Translations under genes and position numbers: made by a program
Notes under the pieces: generated by a model
The model's database searches: none
Told to the model about the DNA's origin: nothing
Seen by the model: the letters and a program-made list of their open reading frames with translations, nothing else
Shown here: one piece after another, positions 8,478 through 15,719 of the stretch
Position numbering within the stretch: position 1 is the stretch's first letter
How the letters are laid out: each line of letters begins with the position of its first letter
Origin: an uncultured virus (IMG/VR IMGVR_UViG_3300009158_000042)
Lineage: Duplodnaviria > Heunggongvirae > Uroviricota > Caudoviricetes
IMG/VR virus record: IMGVR_UViG_3300009158_000042
Reading direction: 5' to 3' (one strand)
DNA: 20,000 bases

Positions 8478-8491
8478 ATATACACTTAATT

Positions 8492-8821
8492 ATGAGCGCA
8501 TTTTATAATACTGAATCATTTCAGGAAGACCATCTTTTCAGGAATTCTTCCGATGGAATAAGAATTACAAGAGCGGATAGGTCCCCGTGTCCGGTGTGTG
8601 GGCATCCAACCGGAGACTGTGTTGGGGACAGCGGACCGCCAACAATAATATTCGGATACGACACGCATTCAACGCTTGATGATAAAACAACGTTCTTAAT
8701 TACTGAAGACATTTTTGACGAAGTTGAGATAGCTCCAGGAATAAAAACGCGACTACTTATCCACAGGAAGGGAAAAACAATTCCTTTTGAAAAAGCCGTA
8801 GAGCTAGGTCTCGTAGATTAA
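8492..8821 (+). CDS. Hypothetical protein with Zn-finger-like motif
   Basis: CPVCGHPTGDC motif; TACACT -10 box 5 nt upstream of the ATG. Confidence 0.7.
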   Translation: MSAFYNTESFQEDHLFRNSSDGIRITRADRSPCPVCGHPTGDCVGDSGPPTIIFGYDTHSTLDDKTTFLITEDIFDEVEIAPGIKTRLLIHRKGKTIPFEKAVELGLVD

Positions 8822-8843
8822 ATAATTACGTCGACGCTAGACC

Positions 8844-8871
8844 TTTTCATTATTCATTCCTGCGCTACACT
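8844..8871 (+). promoter_or_regulatory. Putative promoter for the RNR gene
   Basis: TTTTCA-16 nt-TACACT in the intergenic gap; AGGA Shine-Dalgarno-like sequence just before ATG 8918. Confidence 0.35.
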
Positions 8872-8917
8872 CTATCCCTACACCTCATCAACGATGAACT
8901 AGACGATAGGAATTAAG

Positions 8918-10843
8918 ATGCCATTTATTGACGACGCTTTCGTTAATGCTTACGCAGTAAAGCAAGCCCCATGGGGCTTTAACGGTATGGGGGAGATTGT
9001 TTTTCTTCGTACATATAGTCGCAAGAAAGATAACGGGAACATTGAAACATGGCCTGAAACAATTCAGAGAGTAATCAATGGCGCTCTTGAAATAGGTGTT
9101 CCGTATACGCAGGAACAAGCAGAAGAACTGTTTGACCATATGTTTAATTTACGTTGCTCCATGAGTGGTCGCGCGCTATGGCAACTCGGTACGCCAATGG
9201 TTTCTAAGTTTGGTGGAGCTTCACTCAATAACTGCTACTTCACTAATATTGAAAAAGTTGAAGACTTCGAACTTCTTTTCGACTACTTAATGCTTGGCGG
9301 TGGCGTTGGCTTTTCCGTTGAACGCTCCAAGATTCACGACTTGCCAAAAGTTAAGGGTGGCGTAGTCATTACTCAAGAACGTTCTAATGATGCTGACATC
9401 ATTGTCCCAGATAGCCGTCAAGGGTGGCGTAGACTTTTGCACAGTGTTCTTAAGTCGTACTTCGATACGGGGAGAAGCTTTTCTTACTCAACAATCTTGA
9501 TTCGCGAATACGGCGCTCCACTTAAAGCTTTCGGTGGTACGGCAAGCGGTCCTGGTGCGCTGATTGACGGTATTGCTGATATTTGCAAAGTAATGGATAA
9601 CCGTGTAGGAAAGAAGCTTAGGTCTGTAGATGTTTTGGATATTTGCAACATTATTGGTCGCATTGTTGTTTCCGGCTCGTCACGTCGGTCCGCGCAAATA
9701 GCAATGGGTGACCCTGATGATGTCCTTTTTCTTCGTGCAAAGAATTGGTCATCAGGAAGTGTTCCTGCATGGAGAGCAAACAGCAACAACTCGCTCTATG
9801 CGGATGGTTACGATGAACTGAGCACTGAACTGTGGAAGGGCTACGACGGTTCTGGAGAGCCTTACGGCTTGGTGAACAGAAAGCTCGCCCGTACCTATGG
9901 TCGCCTTGGCGAGCGCCGTGTCGATAATTCTATTGAGGGTTTTAATCCATGTGCAGAGATTGCTCTTGCTGACGGAGAGTCGTGCAACCTTGCAACAATA
10001 TTCTTGCCCAATATTGAATCGTTGGCGCAGTTCTTGTCAATATCAAAACTTCTCTACATGGCACAGAAGCAGATAACGCGTCTTGCTTACCCATACGAGA
10101 AGACCACGAATATTGTGCGTCAGAATGCTCGTCTTGGACAGAGCGTAACTGGAGTTCTTCAGTCAACAGAAAAACAAGTTTCTTGGTTGTCTCAGGCATA
10201 TGAACACCTTCGTCAGTTTGACGCTGAGTATTCAGCCGAGCACGGATTCCCGCAGTCCATCAGAATGACCACCGTACAGCCCTCTGGGACGCTCTCCCTG
10301 CTGCCTGGAGTAACGCCGGGCATACATCCGGCATTCGCCCCTTATTATGTCCGTAGAGTGCGTTTTGGCTCCAATGACCCGCTTATTGACGCCTGCCGCA
10401 AGCGTGGCTACAAGGTTCAGTGGGATATCGGTTTGGACGGTCGCGAAGACCACACCAGACAGGTCATCGACTTCCCATGCATGTCACCAGAAGGCTCAAT
10501 TTTGGCCAAGGACATGACCGCAGTTGAACAGCTTGAATGGGTGAAAAAGATGCAGACAGATTGGGCAGACAATGCCGTATCTGTAACCGTCTATTACCGT
10601 AAGGAAGAGCTGGAAGAAATCAAGACATGGTTGTCAAAGAATTACGACAAGAGCGTTAAGTCAGTTTCATTCTTGCTTCACTCGGACCATAACTTCGTAC
10701 TCCCTCCATACGAGGAAATAACAAAAGAAGCGTACGAGAAGCTTGTAGCAAAGATTGACTTCACTATTCCTTTGGTTCAAAATAGTTTTGAAGGAACCGT
10801 AGACCTTGAAGATTGTGCAACTGGTGCTTGTCCGATAAAGTAG
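8918..10843 (+). CDS. nrdJ: Class II (adenosylcobalamin-dependent) ribonucleotide reductase, monomeric RTPR-like
   Basis: LNNCYF, GGGVGF, RRSAQI, catalytic FNPCAEI, ESCNL, TTVQPSGT and C-terminal CATGACPIK redox pair; no adjacent class I beta subunit. Confidence 0.92.
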   Translation: MPFIDDAFVNAYAVKQAPWGFNGMGEIVFLRTYSRKKDNGNIETWPETIQRVINGALEIGVPYTQEQAEELFDHMFNLRCSMSGRALWQLGTPMVSKFGGASLNNCYFTNIEKVEDFELLFDYLMLGGGVGFSVERSKIHDLPKVKGGVVITQERSNDADIIVPDSRQGWRRLLHSVLKSYFDTGRSFSYSTILIREYGAPLKAFGGTASGPGALIDGIADICKVMDNRVGKKLRSVDVLDICNIIGRIVVSGSSRRSAQIAMGDPDDVLFLRAKNWSSGSVPAWRANSNNSLYADGYDELSTELWKGYDGSGEPYGLVNRKLARTYGRLGERRVDNSIEGFNPCAEIALADGESCNLATIFLPNIESLAQFLSISKLLYMAQKQITRLAYPYEKTTNIVRQNARLGQSVTGVLQSTEKQVSWLSQAYEHLRQFDAEYSAEHGFPQSIRMTTVQPSGTLSLLPGVTPGIHPAFAPYYVRRVRFGSNDPLIDACRKRGYKVQWDIGLDGREDHTRQVIDFPCMSPEGSILAKDMTAVEQLEWVKKMQTDWADNAVSVTVYYRKEELEEIKTWLSKNYDKSVKSVSFLLHSDHNFVLPPYEEITKEAYEKLVAKIDFTIPLVQNSFEGTVDLEDCATGACPIK

Positions 10844-10847
10844 TGGC

Positions 10848-11477
10848 ATGGCAGGAAGAAAACCAATCCCAGAAGAAGAACGTTTTTGGGAGAAAGTAGA
10901 TAAATCCGGACCTAATCCAGATTTTCCGGATTGCTGGGAATGGACTGCGAACAGGGTGAAAACATATGGTATGTTTTCGTGCAAGCGAAATGGAATAAAT
11001 AAAAAAGTCCAAACGCATAAATACATTTGGGAAAAACTAAATGGCACTGTTCCTGAGGGGTTGGAAGTTTGCCATCTTTGCAATAACCCACCATGCGTTC
11101 GCCCTGACCATCTTGAGGTTGGAACTCGCTCCCATAATCAACGTTATTCAGTTGTGCACGGGAACCATAAGGAAAGCAGAAAAACACACTGCAAACACGG
11201 GCATCTCTACGATGAAGAAAACACAATTCACAAAATCAGTAAACGTACCGGTTTTTACACACGAGATTGTAAGGCTTGCCACAAGAGGTGGAAGAAAGAG
11301 CGCTTTGCGCGCAGGCGTGAGGAAAAGGGAATAGAGCCTAAAAAACCAAACCACTGCAGAAAAGGTCACGACTTTGGTGTTTACGGGGAAAAGTGGTACG
11401 TGAAAAAAAGCGGACGAAAGTATCGGACGTGCGCGGAGTGCATGCGAATCAGAAATGAAAAGAAAAAAAATGGCTAA
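10848..11477 (+). CDS. HNH homing endonuclease with two C-terminal Cys/His zinc-binding repeats
   Basis: RFWEKVDK..CWEW, VCHLCNNPPCVRPDHL..GT..HN, then KTHCKHGH...CKAC and NHCRKGH...CAEC. Confidence 0.88.
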   Translation: MAGRKPIPEEERFWEKVDKSGPNPDFPDCWEWTANRVKTYGMFSCKRNGINKKVQTHKYIWEKLNGTVPEGLEVCHLCNNPPCVRPDHLEVGTRSHNQRYSVVHGNHKESRKTHCKHGHLYDEENTIHKISKRTGFYTRDCKACHKRWKKERFARRREEKGIEPKKPNHCRKGHDFGVYGEKWYVKKSGRKYRTCAECMRIRNEKKKNG

Positions 11478-12030
11478 GAACTTGCCGCTCATTGAAAGAT
11501 TTTTCCAGAAGGTCGATAAGTCTGGTAGCGAGGCGTATCCGGATTGCTGGATTTGGAAAGGCGGAAGGACGAGCAAGGATTATGGCTCTTTCAAGTACTA
11601 TCAAGACAGGCCGGCGATTGGGTCGCATGTTTCAAGTCACCTATTCCATATAGGGGAAGTACCAAAAGGAATGCTTGTCTGTCACCATTGTGATAATCCA
11701 CCGTGCGTTAATCCTAAACATCTTTTTCTAGATACGAATTCAGGAAACATGAAGGATATGTTTAAAAAAGGAAGAAATGGCTCTTCTACAAAAAAACAAA
11801 CTCACTGTAAAAAAGGTCATTCTTTTGAGGAGTTTGAGCCTCTTGTTTACATCAAGAAGCAGGGCAGGCAAATTGGTGAAGAATACAGAACCTGCAGGGA
11901 ATGCAAGCGCATCAATGACTCAAAAAGAAGAGGGAAGAACCTTGAATACATGCGCGAGTACAATCTTAAAAATAAAGATAAATTGAACGAACAGCAGAGA
12001 AACCTGTATCATGCTCGAAAGAGTAAATAA
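11470..12030 (+). CDS. HNH homing endonuclease (paralog of the upstream gene)
   Basis: RFFQKVDK..CWIW, VCHHCDNPPCVNPKHL...N..N..D, THCKKGH...CREC; ATG 11470 overlaps the end of the upstream gene. Confidence 0.88.
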   Translation: MAKNLPLIERFFQKVDKSGSEAYPDCWIWKGGRTSKDYGSFKYYQDRPAIGSHVSSHLFHIGEVPKGMLVCHHCDNPPCVNPKHLFLDTNSGNMKDMFKKGRNGSSTKKQTHCKKGHSFEEFEPLVYIKKQGRQIGEEYRTCRECKRINDSKRRGKNLEYMREYNLKNKDKLNEQQRNLYHARKSK

Positions 12031-12038
12031 ATCATCTA

Positions 12039-12110
12039 GCCTTTATAGTTAAATGGATATAACAAGAAACTTCTAATTTCTCGTTCTAGGTTCGATTCCT
12101 AGTGGAGGCA
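12039..12110 (+). tRNA. tRNA-Arg (anticodon UCU)
   Basis: Acceptor GCCTTTA/TGGAGGC, D stem GTTA/TAAC, anticodon stem AGAAA/TTTCT with loop CT-TCT-AA, T arm CTAGG-TTCGATT-CCTAG; CCA not encoded. Confidence 0.9.
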
Positions 12111-12120
12111 CGTAATGTGG

Positions 12121-12129
12121 TGCTAGAAT
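12121..12129 (+). promoter_or_regulatory. Extended -10 promoter (TGcTAGAAT) upstream of tRNA-Asn
   Basis: TG-n-TAGAAT near-consensus match, centred in an imperfect inverted repeat. Confidence 0.5.
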
Positions 12130-12192
12130 GCTCCACACGGGGGACTGCGTGTATAACGCGTCTTAAACGACACTGTGGTGTGCCCTGTTATT

Positions 12193-12269
12193 TGGCAAGT
12201 AGCTCAGTTTGGCAGAGCAAGGGACTGTTAATCCCTGGGTCGTAGGTTCGAGCCCTACCTTGCCAGCCA
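12193..12269 (+). tRNA. tRNA-Asn (anticodon GUU)
   Basis: Acceptor TGGCAAG/CTTGCCA, D stem GCTC/GAGC, anticodon stem AGGGA/TCCCT with loop CT-GTT-AA, T arm GTAGG-TTCGAGC-CCTAC, discriminator G and encoded CCA. Confidence 0.95.
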
Positions 12270-12294
12270 GCACAAAAGAGAGGCAGTAACGTCA

Positions 12295-12660
12295 ATGAGA
12301 GAAATAGGAAAAGATGAGTCGTTTTCTCACATCCTTGAGCGGTTTAGTGAAGAAAATACTTGGGTACATATCGACTGTTTCCCAGGCTGGGCTGGATTAA
12401 TTTTGGACACCGATGCGCAATTGGCCAAGATTGACCCAGACTATAAGGTTTTGCAGATAAAACAAAAGTTTGGTCGTCTTCGCTATTACTTTAAGCCATC
12501 AAAAGATTCACTGCTTCCTAAAATGAATAGAGTTACAGTGAAGGCTGAGTCGATTTCAGGTGGCGTATGTGAGATTTGTGGAGCACGTGGGCAGGTCCAA
12601 AATCTTGGTGGTTCTTTATTTGTTCAGGCTTTGTGCATGAAACACAAGTTCGGTTATTAA
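12295..12660 (+). CDS. Conserved phage hypothetical protein
   Basis: GW..LI...QIKQKFGRLRYY...CEICG pattern typical of a widespread phage hypothetical family; GAGG Shine-Dalgarno upstream. Confidence 0.75.
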   Translation: MREIGKDESFSHILERFSEENTWVHIDCFPGWAGLILDTDAQLAKIDPDYKVLQIKQKFGRLRYYFKPSKDSLLPKMNRVTVKAESISGGVCEICGARGQVQNLGGSLFVQALCMKHKFGY

Positions 12661-13196
12661 AATCTATTAGCTTTTTGTATGCCGAGGCTTGCGCGAAGTT
12701 GCCATGCCCATTTTTGGGATGAATCAATTCTTTCTGCAATGAAGTTTGCAACACCCTGCTCGTTCATGTCATTGGCTATTGTGAAAACTTCTTTAAGCTC
12801 CATAATGTGTTCATTAATAGCTTTAAGCAATTCGGTACTCATTTCTTGTGGTGAGTCACCTTCTGAGATATCAAACTCCTCAATGGTTTTCATCTGAGCA
12901 AATCTTGACATATGAAATGGTGCATCATAACCAAGCTTGAGAATTAATTCAGCAGTTGGGTCTACTGCTCCAAAGAAGTCTTCATAGATGTTTGCATATA
13001 GCTCATGATATTGCGGGAAGTCTGGTCCTTTTACGTTCCAGTGAATACCATGCGTCTCGTGGTACAGGGTAAAAGTATTAGCCAAAAGTACCCCTAGCGC
13101 CGCAATCAATGGGTTAGCCCCAGTTGTGCGCTTGTTGTCTTGTATCTTGTCTTGAATCATTTGCAGTTCTTCGTAGAGATTATCTTCAGCAGCCAT
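12657..13196 (-). CDS. dps: Dps / DNA-protecting mini-ferritin
   Basis: HGIHWNVKGPDFPQYHELY and D-x3-E (DPTAE) ferroxidase ligands; C-terminal AWQLRA; AAGGA upstream. Confidence 0.9.
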   Translation of the reverse strand: MAAEDNLYEELQMIQDKIQDNKRTTGANPLIAALGVLLANTFTLYHETHGIHWNVKGPDFPQYHELYANIYEDFFGAVDPTAELILKLGYDAPFHMSRFAQMKTIEEFDISEGDSPQEMSTELLKAINEHIMELKEVFTIANDMNEQGVANFIAERIDSSQKWAWQLRASLGIQKANRF

Positions 13197-13201
13197 GGCT
13201 A

Positions 13202-13666
13202 TTATTTTCCTTCTTTTTCTTTACCGTCAGTGAGTGTTGGTCCACCAACAACCCATGCATCACATGTTCTTTCAGAGTGGCACTTAAAGTCAAATGCTTC
13301 ACAGTATCCAATTTTGCCAGCATCGATAATGTCCCATGCGGCACCTGATTCATTTCCAAGTGCGCTATCAATACATTCAAGTATTCTTGGTGAGCGAACA
13401 AATAGAATGCAGTTCCCACAAAGAGACTTTTTAGCATCTTCTTCAGATACTGACCATCTCTTTGCTTTCTTTGGCCAGAATGCAGCATCAGGTTCTTTTG
13501 GATTCATCGGTCCGTAAGCTGCTGTGTCTATGGCATTTTGACGGTTTTTAATATTTACGGCAATACTTTGTGTTGCTGGAGGACAATTGTTTGGGTCTGC
13601 TTTTGTTTCAAACCTAAACCCCTTAATCTCTCCGCTGTAGTTGCCCCATGTCTGTCCCGTGGTCAT
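13202..13666 (-). CDS. Cys-rich phage protein (CxxC...GYC...C..W, possible metal/Fe-S binding)
   Basis: CPPATQ, YGPMNP, CGNC, GYCEAFDFKC, RTCDAW; start set at ATG 13666, which overlaps the nuclease stop (ATGA). Confidence 0.7.
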   Translation of the reverse strand: MTTGQTWGNYSGEIKGFRFETKADPNNCPPATQSIAVNIKNRQNAIDTAAYGPMNPKEPDAAFWPKKAKRWSVSEEDAKKSLCGNCILFVRSPRILECIDSALGNESGAAWDIIDAGKIGYCEAFDFKCHSERTCDAWVVGGPTLTDGKEKEGK

Positions 13667-14070
13667 TTTGTTTCCTTCTTGAATTCGGTCCAAGTTTTAT
13701 CGCCTATACCAAAGTACTCGCGAGCATATCCTGATTGGATAATATCTTTATTTAAACAGGCCGTAGAAGGGTCTTCTATTTGGTCTGAAGAAAATATGCG
13801 GGCAAGAATTCTTCCGTATTTATCATTCTTGTCTGGGATTGTGTTTACAAATACCCACTTGTGGTTTGTAAGCCAGTCTTCCGTGAAATGCTTAGCTTTG
13901 AGGCCCATTTCTTTTTCTGCTAAATCTTTTGTTCGTGATTCAGGAGTATTAACTCCATAAAGACGAACACGTATTTTGTGATGAACGTTGAAACCAAGGT
14001 CAACCATTAACTCTATGGTGTCGCCGTCTATAACCTTAAGAAGGGTTGCTCCGTACCAGAAACGTTCCAT
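13663..14070 (-). CDS. Staphylococcal nuclease (thermonuclease/SNase) family protein
   Basis: VIDGDTI, VRLYGVNTPE, DKYGRILA motifs; TAATG coupling to the upstream gene. Confidence 0.9.
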   Translation of the reverse strand: MERFWYGATLLKVIDGDTIELMVDLGFNVHHKIRVRLYGVNTPESRTKDLAEKEMGLKAKHFTEDWLTNHKWVFVNTIPDKNDKYGRILARIFSSDQIEDPSTACLNKDIIQSGYAREYFGIGDKTWTEFKKETK

Positions 14071-15083
14071 TACTTTGCTTTTCTCTTCTTTTTTATGTCT
14101 ATCTGTACTTGTTTTCTAGCCTTACCCATTCTAGTTTTAACTCCAGGCATCATGCGAATGTCTTCTACGGCAATTACTCCTGTTCTTGCTGTTTCTGCAA
14201 GTTTCTTTTTTATTTCTGCACGGCGCTTCAATAGTTCCGCGTCAACATTTTCAGTTTCATCGTCGTAGAGGTCTAGTGGTTCATCTGTTGCAATATTTTT
14301 AGCTGTATTTTTTTCTGCAGCTACCGACTCTTCGGCGTATAGGTCCATATCGCTTGCGTCATCTATTCCGCGTAGGTCTGGGTCAATTGGTTTCTTTTTT
14401 GAAGTAAGAGCTTTTATTTCTTCATTAAAAGATAGTTCTTTTTTCTTTGTATTTGCATACTTCTCTAATAGTCTTTTGCCTTTTGCTGCAAGCGCAGCTG
14501 CATCTTCTGCGTTCTTTGGAACAGGCTCACCCCATGCAGCTGCCGAGAGGGCAAGTCTTGTTGCTCTACCTTTTTCGTCAATCATTGGACCTGATGGGTT
14601 GGTAAAAAATCTTGTTAGGAACGAGCCTTTTCGACGCATTTTCTGTGGAGTATTGGCTGGCCCTTTTACTCCTGGCTTGAGGTTCGCGCCTTCTTTGTTT
14701 TTAAAGTATTTTCTGCCGGCTGCGGTAAGCCCACCCTTCGGGTCGTGAAGTTGTTCAGCGCTTTTGCCTTCTACAGGGATGCAGTTAGGGACCATTTTCC
14801 CGCCCTTGCCTTTTTTCATCCCAAGCTGAACATATCCAGCCCAACATGGGTTGGCTGCTTTAAGCTCGAAAGAATTAACTACTGCCGAACCATAGAACTC
14901 ATCAAAAATTGGCATAAAGTCATCATGCTTTAACTCGACCATTGACTCTTCGACTATTTTGTTAAATTCAGTATCAGCGTCTATACGCTCAGATATGCGT
15001 AGAAGTTCATCAAACATGTCTTCTTCTGTTGGGTTTAGCTCATTTTGCATACTCGTCCAGTCTTTCACACCCATCTGGGCCAA
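14070..15083 (-). CDS. Modular phage protein: acidic N-terminus, PCW...VPNC micro-domain, DUF6321-like basic domain (start codon uncertain)
   Basis: PCWAGYVQLGMKKGKGGKMVPNCIP and GGLTAAGRKYF...NLKPGVKG...RRKGSFLTRF...AWG motifs recalled from phage proteins; the DUF label is from memory. Confidence 0.7.
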   Translation of the reverse strand: MAQMGVKDWTSMQNELNPTEEDMFDELLRISERIDADTEFNKIVEESMVELKHDDFMPIFDEFYGSAVVNSFELKAANPCWAGYVQLGMKKGKGGKMVPNCIPVEGKSAEQLHDPKGGLTAAGRKYFKNKEGANLKPGVKGPANTPQKMRRKGSFLTRFFTNPSGPMIDEKGRATRLALSAAAWGEPVPKNAEDAAALAAKGKRLLEKYANTKKKELSFNEEIKALTSKKKPIDPDLRGIDDASDMDLYAEESVAAEKNTAKNIATDEPLDLYDDETENVDAELLKRRAEIKKKLAETARTGVIAVEDIRMMPGVKTRMGKARKQVQIDIKKKRKAK

Positions 15084-15113
15084 TTGGGAACTGTAGTCCT
15101 TTATTATCCCACA

Positions 15114-15647
15114 TTAAATAGCATCTATGATTAAATGGATACGGTCGGTGTCGCCAGTATTTTCAACACTGTGATATCTATTGACATTGTCTATCACCCA
15201 TATCTCGCCAGTTTTTAAGTTCTTTGCTTCGTCGCCCACTTTGAAAATGCATTTTGTGCTGGTGATTACAGGGACGTGTATTCTGTGTGTTTTGGCAGTT
15301 AGTGGCCCTTTGTCCCTATGTCTGGGAATAACCGTATTCGCCTTAAGCCGGGTTAACATTGCCTGCTTAATGACCATCTCACCAAGAGTCTTTGCTGTCG
15401 TTCTGACTATCTCGTCAATGTGCCCCTCGAAGATAGCGTAGTTTTCATGTGTGATTCCAGAATTTAATCTTTGCGTTAGGTCATACATAAGTGGAATGGT
15501 ATCGGTGTTGGAGGCGGCTGCTCCACCATTCATTTTGCGTTCTTTATTTTTTTCCCAGTCTCTGTCAGTTAGTGAATTTACATCATTAAGAAGGTTTTCA
15601 AAAAGCGCCATGTTTCCTATGAATTGAAAAGCTTTACTTTCTTTCAT
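15114..15647 (-). CDS. Aspartyl/asparaginyl beta-hydroxylase-like 2OG-Fe(II) oxygenase
   Basis: HxD (PRHRD), RIHVP, YHSVEN.G..DRIHLIID. Start at ATG 15647 with GAGGT Shine-Dalgarno; the track start at 15680 lies inside the terminator. Confidence 0.88.
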   Translation of the reverse strand: MKESKAFQFIGNMALFENLLNDVNSLTDRDWEKNKERKMNGGAAASNTDTIPLMYDLTQRLNSGITHENYAIFEGHIDEIVRTTAKTLGEMVIKQAMLTRLKANTVIPRHRDKGPLTAKTHRIHVPVITSTKCIFKVGDEAKNLKTGEIWVIDNVNRYHSVENTGDTDRIHLIIDAI

Positions 15648-15665
15648 AACTACCTCATATATGGC

Positions 15666-15705
15666 AAAAACCCCGCCCACACCGTTCGAAGGTGCAGGCG
15701 GGGTT
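15666..15705 (-). terminator. Rho-independent terminator after the major capsid gene
   Basis: Minus strand AACCCCGCCTGCACC-TTCGAAC-GGTGTGGGCGGGGTT followed by TTT. Confidence 0.85.
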
Positions 15706-15719
15706 CCGCTTAGTGCTTA

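Noticed and set aside
8918..10843. Intein or intron in the RNR gene, given the adjacent HNH genes
   Set aside because: The ORF is continuous, compact and complete to its C-terminal Cys pair; the HNH genes start after the stop.
11455..11477. A8 run at the overlap of the two HNH genes as a programmed frameshift
   Set aside because: The second gene is in the +1 frame, has its own ATG and a complete N-terminus, and Lys-rich coding explains the run.
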